A stretch of DNA of 34,631 nt from Pseudomonadota bacterium (lineage in GTDB: Bacteria > Pseudomonadota > Alphaproteobacteria > RF32 > CAG-239). Below, one piece after another: positions 25,970 to 33,329 of the stretch. A model generated the notes under the pieces. It had not been told where the DNA came from. It ran no database searches and worked only from the letters and a program-made list of their open reading frames with translations. Position numbers and translations under genes: made by a program. Location of the stretch: NCBI GenBank assembly GCA_918234285.1, contig CAKJXZ020000016.1, positions 1 to 34,631 of the forward strand. Direction: 5' to 3'. Every line of letters starts with the position of its first letter. Position 1 is the first letter of the stretch.

Positions 25970-26070
25970 AGCCGCACGGCTCAAAACCGCGGTATCAGTA
26001 ACGCCCTGTAAAGCGTGCCGCCCTCCGGCCACCGACCAACGCTATGGCAAAGAGCCGATACCGGAAAGCG
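25970..26070 (+). ncRNA. Candidate structured leader RNA downstream of PL
   Basis: GC-rich island in AT-rich context; CGGTATC/GATACCG closes three small hairpins. Confidence 0.4.
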
Positions 26071-26097
26071 AAAACAAATCAAACTATGGAGACAGAC

Positions 26098-26301
26098 ATG
26101 AAAAAAACAACAGTATATTTATCAAAGGATAAGCATTCAAAAGATGTTGCTAACGTCCGCAAACTAAAAAAAGGCTTTGTTTGTGCGTTAATATACACGA
26201 AAAGCCATTCTCACGATATTTTGACATATAACTTTGATTATCTCATGGATTATTGCCGGTCATACTATGGCGCTTTCATAAGAGTTACAACGGAGGCATA
26301 A
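26098..26301 (+). CDS. First early gene, hypothetical
   Basis: GGAG RBS at 26088-26091 before ATG 26098. Confidence 0.65.
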   Translation: MKKTTVYLSKDKHSKDVANVRKLKKGFVCALIYTKSHSHDILTYNFDYLMDYCRSYYGAFIRVTTEA

Positions 26302-26303
26302 TC

Positions 26304-27194
26304 ATGATGATACCTGAGTTAAACAAAAATTTACTCAAAATGGCTTGGTATAACACCAGCTTTGATCCTGAAAAACGTGCCGAAAATTTTGATGCTTCAT
26401 TCAAAGAGGTTATTCAAAAGTTTTTTGAACGTGTTGAAGCGGCAAATATCACGCCAGAACAAAAAGATGAATGCTCAGCATATTGGGTTAATCGCTTACA
26501 TTCTCAGGCCGAAAAATATCTTTCAGCTGAAAGCCGGTGCGTTTCATGGGCTATTGTCGGCCCTGCAAAGTTTCCGGTTGCCAGAATGGAAAAGCGCCAA
26601 GCATCTGCCGAAAAAGCACTCAATGACTATGCTTATACTGAAAATCAGATGTTATCCGGCGACATTTTTGACCGCTATATGACATCTGAGCAAAAACAGG
26701 CCAGAGTTGATCTGCATAAATGGCGCGAATTAAACAGCACTATTGATGATTTTATCCGCCACAAAACGAAAAACCCTTTACCGGCTCTCGGATATACTTA
26801 TGACGCGTGGCCACACTTAAAAGGTCAATTCACAACGCAGGCCAAAAATGGCAGTTATGCGCTTTGTATAAAAGTGCTTGAGGCTCTCAATGTACATCTG
26901 CAAAACGGTGTAAAAGTTGAGCGCAACATCAAAATTCTGACCGATATTCTCAACGAATACAAAGTCAAAAATTCCCAACCGAAAGAGAATTCATCAATTG
27001 AATTGCAAGGTGTTCAAATGGTTGAAAACCGTGAAGAAAACCGCTTGCAACTCTTATTTGACGGCAAACCGGCACCGGAAGTCATTGCCAAACTCAAGGC
27101 CCATGCTTTCCGCTGGTCACCGAAAAATAAAGCGTGGCAACGTATTTTGACAACTGATGCCATTCGTGCAGCTTATAAAGTTTTGGAGGCATAA
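26304..27194 (+). CDS. Early protein resembling domains of polyvalent/DUF3560-associated proteins
   Basis: SRCVSWAIVGPAKFP and NRLQLLFDGKP...LKAHAFRWSPKNKAWQR motifs; GGAGG RBS. Confidence 0.6.
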   Translation: MMIPELNKNLLKMAWYNTSFDPEKRAENFDASFKEVIQKFFERVEAANITPEQKDECSAYWVNRLHSQAEKYLSAESRCVSWAIVGPAKFPVARMEKRQASAEKALNDYAYTENQMLSGDIFDRYMTSEQKQARVDLHKWRELNSTIDDFIRHKTKNPLPALGYTYDAWPHLKGQFTTQAKNGSYALCIKVLEALNVHLQNGVKVERNIKILTDILNEYKVKNSQPKENSSIELQGVQMVENREENRLQLLFDGKPAPEVIAKLKAHAFRWSPKNKAWQRILTTDAIRAAYKVLEA

Positions 27195-27196
27195 TC

Positions 27197-27625
27197 ATGG
27201 AATACAACAAGGAAATAGTCAGAAAAGCCGTTGCTCTTGTCAATGCTTTCCGTGAAAAGCTGGATGATGAAGATAATTACTACACTTCGCGCTATTTGTA
27301 CGAAAATGATGGTGATTTATCCCATGCCGCTGATGACTTGGTAAATGGTAAAGACTTCGCAGATTTTGTCTTTGATGATCTTTACACCGAAACAATTGAG
27401 CTTGTCAGAGCAATTCTTGATGCAGAGGTTTTCGGGCGCTTTTATGCCGGTTTCAATCCTGTCGCATTTTTTAACACTCGTGAAGAGTTTGCCAAGGATG
27501 AAACTGAACGCACCAAGGCCTTTTATGCAAAGTTAAATCATACCCTGCAGCACTTTGATGAAGAAATGGATGAAATTGTTAAAAACTCATTCATGGGTAA
27601 AACCTTACTGAAAGAAGATAAATAA
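27197..27625 (+). CDS. Acidic hypothetical protein
   Basis: 142 aa, GGAGG RBS. Confidence 0.65.
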   Translation: MEYNKEIVRKAVALVNAFREKLDDEDNYYTSRYLYENDGDLSHAADDLVNGKDFADFVFDDLYTETIELVRAILDAEVFGRFYAGFNPVAFFNTREEFAKDETERTKAFYAKLNHTLQHFDEEMDEIVKNSFMGKTLLKEDK

Positions 27626-27825
27626 TGGAAAGCTATTACGAAACATTAGCCGCTCTTGTTAGCTGTCTGGTGATGGTGGTTGTTCTTTGGCTCGGCTTTT
27701 TAATGTATGCCGTTGCCGTCAACCCGAATGCACTCGATAATCAGCGCGTTGAGCGTGAACTTGAGTATGCCAAACAACAATATATTGCTTGGTTTCATGA
27801 AGATCCAACAAAGGGAAAAGAATAA
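27625..27825 (+). CDS. Small membrane protein
   Basis: One TM segment; 1-bp overlaps on both sides. Confidence 0.6.
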   Translation: MESYYETLAALVSCLVMVVVLWLGFLMYAVAVNPNALDNQRVERELEYAKQQYIAWFHEDPTKGKE

Positions 27826-28661
27826 TGCAAACGAAACAAATCTCAAAAATGACTGATGATGAATATTTTGCCCTCAAAGCAATTTCAGCAAGTCAAATCA
27901 AACAATATGACCGCGGCGCTTATTGGTTTTGGAAGTCAACGCCTTTCAATCCAAATCGCGAACCGGACAAACAAACAGACGCTCTTGCTTTCGGAAAGCT
28001 TTGTCATGCAATGCTGCTTGAGCCGAACACCTTATCTGAAAGCTTTTTCTGCGGTGATTTCGGTAAATCTCGCAACAACAAAAAATATGATGAAATGTGC
28101 GCCGAACATCCGGATTTAACGGTTGTATCACCGGACGAATGGCGGCACGCAATGATGATGATTGAAAAGTTAAAGCAACATCACCTTGCCAGCCTGATCA
28201 TTGACGGTGCCACCGCTGAAATTCCGTATATTTGGACCGATAAAGACACCGGACTTTTATGCAAACAAAAAACCGATGCCGTAAAGCGCACCAAAAACGG
28301 ACTGATAATCATTGATTACAAAACATCATCCGATATTGAGGGCATTTTAAACTGGCCTCAAAAACTTCAATATCCGCTGCAAGATGATTTTTACTGCCGC
28401 GGTATCAAAGAAAAATACGGTGAAGATCCGGCTGAATTTGTTTTCATAATTCAATCAAATAAAGAGGGTGAAGAAGACGTCATTGCCGTTGCCAATGTGG
28501 AATTTGAAACCGGACAGGTCGCGCATAGCATTGTCACGCATCACCTTTTTGAAATTAAGGAAAAATTGACGGCATGGAATGAAACACATGACGCCAGCAT
28601 TTGGGCGGCATATCCGAGCCGTGTAGAAATGCGTTATTCTAACTGGTATATGGAACGATGA
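27825..28661 (+). CDS. recE: RecE/exonuclease VIII-like PD-(D/E)xK nuclease (DUF3799)
   Basis: ISASQIK, FGKLCHAMLLEP, CKQKTD...IIDYKT, YPLQ..FY; upstream of recT. Confidence 0.85.
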   Translation: MQTKQISKMTDDEYFALKAISASQIKQYDRGAYWFWKSTPFNPNREPDKQTDALAFGKLCHAMLLEPNTLSESFFCGDFGKSRNNKKYDEMCAEHPDLTVVSPDEWRHAMMMIEKLKQHHLASLIIDGATAEIPYIWTDKDTGLLCKQKTDAVKRTKNGLIIIDYKTSSDIEGILNWPQKLQYPLQDDFYCRGIKEKYGEDPAEFVFIIQSNKEGEEDVIAVANVEFETGQVAHSIVTHHLFEIKEKLTAWNETHDASIWAAYPSRVEMRYSNWYMER

Positions 28662-28673
28662 AAGGATTTAAAC

Positions 28674-29546
28674 ATGACCAATGAAATTACAACAACCGAA
28701 AACAAGGAAATTGTCAAAAAAGACATTGCTCTTGATTTCGTAAACATGATCAAAAGCGGCTGGGACAGCGTTTTGCCGACAGTCTGCACACCGGATCGCT
28801 TTGCCCGTGTTGCTCTGACTTGCATCAAAAAAGATGGCAAATTGTTGGCCGCAATCAACACTAAAGAGGGGCGTGCCTCAATTGCTGCCGCATTTATGAA
28901 ATGCGCCGAGCTTGGTATCGAACCGGATGGGCGGCGTGCTTATCTTATCCCGTATAAAAACGATGTTCAGCTCATTATTGACTACAAAGGTATTGTTGAG
29001 CTTGCCATGCGCTCCGGTTTTATCTCAAACATTCATGCAGATAAAATCTGCGAAAATGACGAATTTGAATATAATATCGGCACAATTGAAAAGCATAAAA
29101 TCAATTTCAAAGAGGCACGCGGCAAGGCTTACGCATATTATGCTATTGTCACCTTTAAGGACGGCACCAAAAAATGTGAAGTCATGAACAAGGACGAAAT
29201 TGACGCCGTTCGCAAACGCTCCAAAGCGGCCAACAATGGGCCATGGGTAACCGATTATGATGAAATGGCCAAAAAGACGGTTTTCAAGCGCTTGTCCAAA
29301 TGGATACCGCAATCGCCGGAGCTGCGTCAAGCCATTGATTATGATGATGCCGATTATAAGCATGTCAAATCAGAAACTTTTTTCGAGCCTCAGGACGATG
29401 CCGAACGCTATCAGGCCATTGATCTTGATGCCGAACCAGTACCAGCACCGGAGCAAGAACCGGAAGCGCCAAAATCAATCGAGCAAGCAGATGATGCTCT
29501 TGAGGCGGCCTTAGAACAACAATGGGAAGACAGCATTCCGGTGTAA
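28674..29546 (+). CDS. recT: RecT recombinase
   Basis: CAELGIEP..AYLIPY..QLIIDYKG, GPWVTDYDEMAKKTVFKRLSKWIP. Confidence 0.93.
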   Translation: MTNEITTTENKEIVKKDIALDFVNMIKSGWDSVLPTVCTPDRFARVALTCIKKDGKLLAAINTKEGRASIAAAFMKCAELGIEPDGRRAYLIPYKNDVQLIIDYKGIVELAMRSGFISNIHADKICENDEFEYNIGTIEKHKINFKEARGKAYAYYAIVTFKDGTKKCEVMNKDEIDAVRKRSKAANNGPWVTDYDEMAKKTVFKRLSKWIPQSPELRQAIDYDDADYKHVKSETFFEPQDDAERYQAIDLDAEPVPAPEQEPEAPKSIEQADDALEAALEQQWEDSIPV

Positions 29547-29553
29547 AACAATC

Positions 29554-29586
29554 GGGGCGGTTTTTCCTCCATAGTTTAACCGCCCC
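29554..29586 (+). promoter_or_regulatory. 9-bp hairpin with 15-nt anti-Shine-Dalgarno loop
   Basis: GGGGCGGTT-TTTCCTCCATAGTTT-AACCGCCCC; no U-tract on the plus strand. Confidence 0.6.
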
Positions 29587-29602
29587 ACCTTAAAAGGAAA
29601 AG

Positions 29603-29857
29603 ATGATGAAAAAAGAAGAAAGAAAACCTGAAATTGGCGATGTGTGGCGTCATACTTCATTATGTGAAATTGTCATAGAAGATATCTATAAAAACGATGA
29701 TGGATTTATGGTAGCACGATGTGTCAGAGATGGTATTGTCGGATGGAGTTGTTGCGGAGTTGCTGTTCAAACGCTTCCTTTATTCACGATAAAAAGACAC
29801 TATCACTATGTTGGCAAATTTAAAGGTTTTAAAGTGGAGCAAGATGATGAAATTTGA
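29603..29857 (+). CDS. Small PExGDVW-family hypothetical protein
   Basis: AAGGA RBS; termini similar to 31635..31916. Confidence 0.65.
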   Translation: MMKKEERKPEIGDVWRHTSLCEIVIEDIYKNDDGFMVARCVRDGIVGWSCCGVAVQTLPLFTIKRHYHYVGKFKGFKVEQDDEI

Positions 29858-30152
29858 AGTATCACGCAGTTTAGATAATGTCACCGGAGGCCTGATCGGC
29901 GTGGCGATCATCGCTAAAATGGGCTTTGACTGGTTTGTTATAAACAACGAATATTCGGTTTTAGTCTCTAAAGATCATGTCAGCGTCAAAAACTTTGGCG
30001 GCAAAAAGGTCACAAAGGCAATAATTAAAAAAATCGCCGAATATATGAAATATAGCCAATACCACACCGAGGGCAATGGCTGTATGTACATTTTTAACGA
30101 CACCCCAAAAGGTAAAGGAAAAAAACATGGTAACACTGACCGAGCAAATTAA
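29844..30152 (+). CDS. Hypothetical protein
   Basis: GGAG RBS before ATG 29844. Confidence 0.6.
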   Translation: MMKFEVSRSLDNVTGGLIGVAIIAKMGFDWFVINNEYSVLVSKDHVSVKNFGGKKVTKAIIKKIAEYMKYSQYHTEGNGCMYIFNDTPKGKGKKHGNTDRAN

Positions 30153-30336
30153 GGGCGTCCGGCGCGAAATTGACTACCGCAAAAGGTTATATCCGCGCTG
30201 GGTACAAGACGGAAAAATGACGCAGCAAGAAGCAAATTATCAAATTGAGCTCATGGAGTACGTTTTGAACACACTTCACGCCGTGTTGACCTTTGAACGT
30301 GATTATATCTCTAAAAACCAAAAACTTTTTGAATAG
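30127..30336 (+). CDS. Hypothetical phage protein
   Basis: AAGGA RBS; REIDYRKRLYPRWVQDGKM motif typical of small phage proteins. Confidence 0.65.
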   Translation: MVTLTEQIKGVRREIDYRKRLYPRWVQDGKMTQQEANYQIELMEYVLNTLHAVLTFERDYISKNQKLFE

Positions 30337-30344
30337 GTGCGAAA

Positions 30345-30620
30345 ATGGCTGAGATTGTAAAAGGAATAAAATTCAAGGTTATAAAATTGAATTTGTTAGA
30401 ATTGCAGGCGGTTGAGGGTGGATATGCAATCGGAATATGCGACTTTTGCGACAAACCGTCATTTGACGGATATTATATCGCCGTTCTCAATCGTTATTAC
30501 TGCCCGAAATGTTATAAAGAGTGGCTTGACAGGGCGGAATATTATCCGGAAGACAAACCAATTGAGGATAAAAATTTCATGTATTGGAAACAACAACTTG
30601 AACGGGTGGGAAGCTTATGA
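30345..30620 (+). CDS. Putative zinc-binding protein
   Basis: CDFC...CPKC. Confidence 0.65.
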   Translation: MAEIVKGIKFKVIKLNLLELQAVEGGYAIGICDFCDKPSFDGYYIAVLNRYYCPKCYKEWLDRAEYYPEDKPIEDKNFMYWKQQLERVGSL

Positions 30621-30847
30621 GTAAATTTACATTTGGCGATATTGTCGTTATTGAGGGCAATCTCATTGGGGTTGTTGTAAAATGCTGGCAAAAATCTTTC
30701 AATGGCAAGCCGGCATCTCATGATGTCTATGTCAGATCCTTTAATGGCATCAAAAACTATACAGAAGATGAAATGCAGCGCTATATGGTGCGGCACAAAG
30801 AATTGAGCGATGACGAACTTTATTATCAAAAAAAGATGACGGAGTAA
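30617..30847 (+). CDS. Small SH3/KOW-like hypothetical protein
   Basis: FTFGDIVVI...GVVVK; ATGA overlap. Confidence 0.6.
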   Translation: MSKFTFGDIVVIEGNLIGVVVKCWQKSFNGKPASHDVYVRSFNGIKNYTEDEMQRYMVRHKELSDDELYYQKKMTE

Positions 30848-30850
30848 AAA

Positions 30851-31084
30851 ATGAAAGCAGAAATTTGGATTGAGGCAAAACATCAATATGTTCCGTATGA
30901 ATTGCCGGAGGGCGCAAGCTGCTATGAGGATGATATGGAAAAGGAAGTTGCCTGCTGTATATGCGGCAAAAAGTTTAAATTCGGCGATATGTTCACATCG
31001 CGCCATGTCCACACAAAAAACGGTTTTGGTTATGCGGAATGCAAGGGCTGCTATTTCGGGAAACATGAGGTGAAAAATGACTGA
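30851..31084 (+). CDS. Putative zinc-binding protein
   Basis: CCICG...CKGC; GGAG RBS. Confidence 0.65.
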   Translation: MKAEIWIEAKHQYVPYELPEGASCYEDDMEKEVACCICGKKFKFGDMFTSRHVHTKNGFGYAECKGCYFGKHEVKND

Positions 31085-31415
31085 AACATTGCAAAAAACC
31101 GAAAATGTTGCAGAAAACATTGCAAATAAAAAAATGCAACTTCTTGAGCAAGTGTCAGCCTTTGAGCTGCGCGATCAGCTTCAAATCAAAGACATGCGGA
31201 TCCAGAAATTGAAAGAAAAGAACGGAAAATATAAGGATCTGCTGCAAAATTGCAGAAAAGAAATAAATGATAATCTTAGTCAGCTATTCCGAATTAACGA
31301 TGTTTACGAGGCTAAAAACCCAACTGGATATTGGCAATTAGAAAGTGCAAAGATTGGGTTAAAAAGGGTATTAACCAAAATAGATGAGGTGTTGAAATGT
31401 GGAAACGTTTTATAA
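31077..31415 (+). CDS. Coiled-coil hypothetical protein
   Basis: GAGGTG RBS, overlap with neighbours. Confidence 0.6.
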   Translation: MTETLQKTENVAENIANKKMQLLEQVSAFELRDQLQIKDMRIQKLKEKNGKYKDLLQNCRKEINDNLSQLFRINDVYEAKNPTGYWQLESAKIGLKRVLTKIDEVLKCGNVL

Positions 31416-31642
31416 ATTGGTATTCGTGGCACGGTCTTCAAATTGTAACCGGTAAAAAGATTTTTGAAAAACTGGCCAGATGTCAAGCCGATTGCAAAAA
31501 ATTGGATGATCACTTTAACTGGATGGCCATTCGTCCGGTGATATTCAGCCTTGAAGAGTTGAAGAAAAACACATGGGATATTGACCGCGTTGCGCATATT
31601 CAAAAATGGCTAACAGACAACTTTGAGGTGAAAGATGAGTAA
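31397..31642 (+). CDS. Hypothetical protein
   Basis: GAGGTG RBS. Confidence 0.6.
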   Translation: MWKRFINWYSWHGLQIVTGKKIFEKLARCQADCKKLDDHFNWMAIRPVIFSLEELKKNTWDIDRVAHIQKWLTDNFEVKDE

Positions 31643-31916
31643 AGATACACCAGAAGTCGGAGATGTGTGGCAATATAAGACTGACGATAAGCACAAAATA
31701 CACATTGTTTCTAAACATAAATGTTATCCTTTGGACGGAAAATTTAGAAGCATAGATGAATGTCAAAATTTTGAATGTGTGCATAGATGTAATAGTCGTA
31801 AAGAACTAGAAACTTCAAATTATTTGTATGAAGATATAATCGAATATTATACCTATCTCGGCAAATCCAAAGCAAACATAGAGCAACTTTTTGAAGTGGA
31901 GGCAGACAATGACTGA
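31635..31916 (+). CDS. Small PExGDVW-family hypothetical protein
   Basis: GAGGTG RBS; PEVGDVW...YTYLGK...FEVE. Confidence 0.65.
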   Translation: MSKDTPEVGDVWQYKTDDKHKIHIVSKHKCYPLDGKFRSIDECQNFECVHRCNSRKELETSNYLYEDIIEYYTYLGKSKANIEQLFEVEADND

Positions 31917-32349
31917 TTTAACCTCGCAATCACCTCGCAATGCCTCGCAAAAGGGGGATTTAACCTCGCAATGGCACAAAGGCGAGCTACCGGAAGAAAC
32001 AGAGTGCTATGTTCGTGTTAATGGTGGTATATATCTGGGAAGTATCCGGTATAAAAATGGATGCCATAACAAAAAACTTCCCTATATAAAAAGTTTTAAC
32101 GGACAATTTATAACAAAGCACGTTGAAGAAGTCCTTGCCGAAGTGCCTGATTATGTAGAATGGCGAAATATGGTCAATTGTGCTTGTGAAGAACATGAAG
32201 CAAATAAGCGCCTCATTGAAGAAAACGACAACCTCAAAAAAATCATCGGATACATGATTGATGAGCTTGTCGATAGAAAAAACGGCGCTTCGCTTGTCGA
32301 TTACTTTAGTCATGATCTTATTGATGAAATAATGGAGGCCTTAAAGTGA
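31909..32349 (+). CDS. Hypothetical protein with duplicated N-terminal DLTSQ
   Basis: GGAGG RBS before ATG 31909. Confidence 0.6.
   Translation: MTDLTSQSPRNASQKGDLTSQWHKGELPEETECYVRVNGGIYLGSIRYKNGCHNKKLPYIKSFNGQFITKHVEEVLAEVPDYVEWRNMVNCACEEHEANKRLIEENDNLKKIIGYMIDELVDRKNGASLVDYFSHDLIDEIMEALK
31915..31972 (+). repeat. CCTCGCAA x4 within a 16-bp direct repeat of period 42
   Basis: GATTTAACCTCGCAAT at 31915 and 31957; CCTCGCAA at 31922, 31933, 31943, 31964. Confidence 0.9.
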
Positions 32350-32522
32350 TAAAGCGTTTGTTATGTTTATTGGGTTTTCACGATTATATAAATGAGCTTT
32401 CAGGGCTTGAAATACGCCACGAAACCACCAAAACCGTTTATTTCGGCGCCATGATAACCAAAAGGAAAATATGCCGGAATTGCGGCAAATATAAGGAGCT
32501 AAAGCGATATGAGTTGGAGTAA
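32346..32522 (+). CDS. 58-aa DUF1660-like zinc-binding phage protein (not in ORF track)
   Basis: GTG start overlapping the upstream stop, GGAGG RBS; MIKRLLCLLGFHDY...CRNCGK. Confidence 0.65.
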   Translation: MIKRLLCLLGFHDYINELSGLEIRHETTKTVYFGAMITKRKICRNCGKYKELKRYELE

Positions 32523-32685
32523 AAAAGAGTTTACAAAAGACGAACTGATTGAGTTTGCTGAATATAACATCAAATATTTTGAAAAGGAGTTATCTAACGC
32601 AAAAGGATATTGGTATAAACTAAAAACAAAGATAGCACTTAAAAAAGAAAAAGAATGGTTAAAGGAATTAAAAAAAGATGACTAA
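32509..32685 (+). CDS. 58-aa Lys/Glu-rich hypothetical protein (not in ORF track)
   Basis: AAGGAG RBS; MSWSKKEFTKDELIEF...KELKKDD. Confidence 0.6.
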   Translation: MSWSKKEFTKDELIEFAEYNIKYFEKELSNAKGYWYKLKTKIALKKEKEWLKELKKDD

Positions 32686-32965
32686 CACCTTAAAGCTTGT
32701 TTTGACTGACCATTGGTTTGAAGAAATTAAATCCGGACGCAAAACGCATGAATACCGGATTGAAACACCATACTGGCGCAAGCGAATTGTTCAAAACGGC
32801 TTTTTTCATAGCTTTGATTATGTGCAATTCCAAAAGGCATATCGCAAAAATCCGGAAAGAATGACTTTCAAAATACAACAAATAAGCATTATTAACGGGC
32901 TGAATACCGATCTGCATATTGATACCGATGTTTTTGACATTGAACTTGGGGAGCGTGTGGCATGA
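32678..32965 (+). CDS. ASCH domain protein
   Basis: LKLVLTDHWFEEIKSGRKTHEYR (GxKxxExR) ... FDIELG. Confidence 0.85.
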   Translation: MTNTLKLVLTDHWFEEIKSGRKTHEYRIETPYWRKRIVQNGFFHSFDYVQFQKAYRKNPERMTFKIQQISIINGLNTDLHIDTDVFDIELGERVA

Positions 32966-33126
32966 CTTATGAAGTATGGATAAAAGGCGAAAAGGTCAAA
33001 GAATACCGGCACAAAAGGCAGGCCATCATTTATTTGGTCATAAAAGGACTTGTTTACGGCAATTATTTCAAAGGCTACTGGATTGATCCAGATGCACAAA
33101 TTCGGGAGGTGAAACATGAAAACTGA
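32962..33126 (+). CDS. 54-aa hypothetical protein (not in ORF track)
   Basis: ATGA overlap, GGGGAG RBS; MTYEVWIKGEKVKEY... Confidence 0.6.
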   Translation: MTYEVWIKGEKVKEYRHKRQAIIYLVIKGLVYGNYFKGYWIDPDAQIREVKHEN

Positions 33127-33328
33127 AGAATGGCTCAACGGCGAGCAAATGAAAAAAGAATTTGGTTTAAAATCAAAATCCGGTGATTATCGGACCTTAA
33201 ATGCGATGGTAAAACGCGGCACCCTTGATATTAAGAATTTATCAAAACGCGTAAAACTTTACCGGATTAAACAAGATTTTAACCCTGCAAACAATAATAT
33301 AGCAACAGACTTGGATTTTTGTTTTTAA
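33116..33328 (+). CDS. xis: Putative excisionase
   Basis: Small basic winged-HTH-like protein (EWLNGEQMKKEFG...RTLNAMVKRG) immediately upstream of the integrase. Confidence 0.6.
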   Translation: MKTEEWLNGEQMKKEFGLKSKSGDYRTLNAMVKRGTLDIKNLSKRVKLYRIKQDFNPANNNIATDLDFCF

Positions 33329-33329
33329 C

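Noticed and set aside
25970-26070. tRNA-Tyr remnant or self-cleaving ribozyme
   Set aside because: CTGTAAA resembles a Tyr anticodon loop, but there is no T arm or D arm. Hammerhead, HDV and twister core sequences and topology were not matched.
26044-26097. Longer start for the first early gene as given in the ORF track
   Set aside because: No RBS and it lies within the structured leader; ATG 26098 has GGAG at proper spacing.
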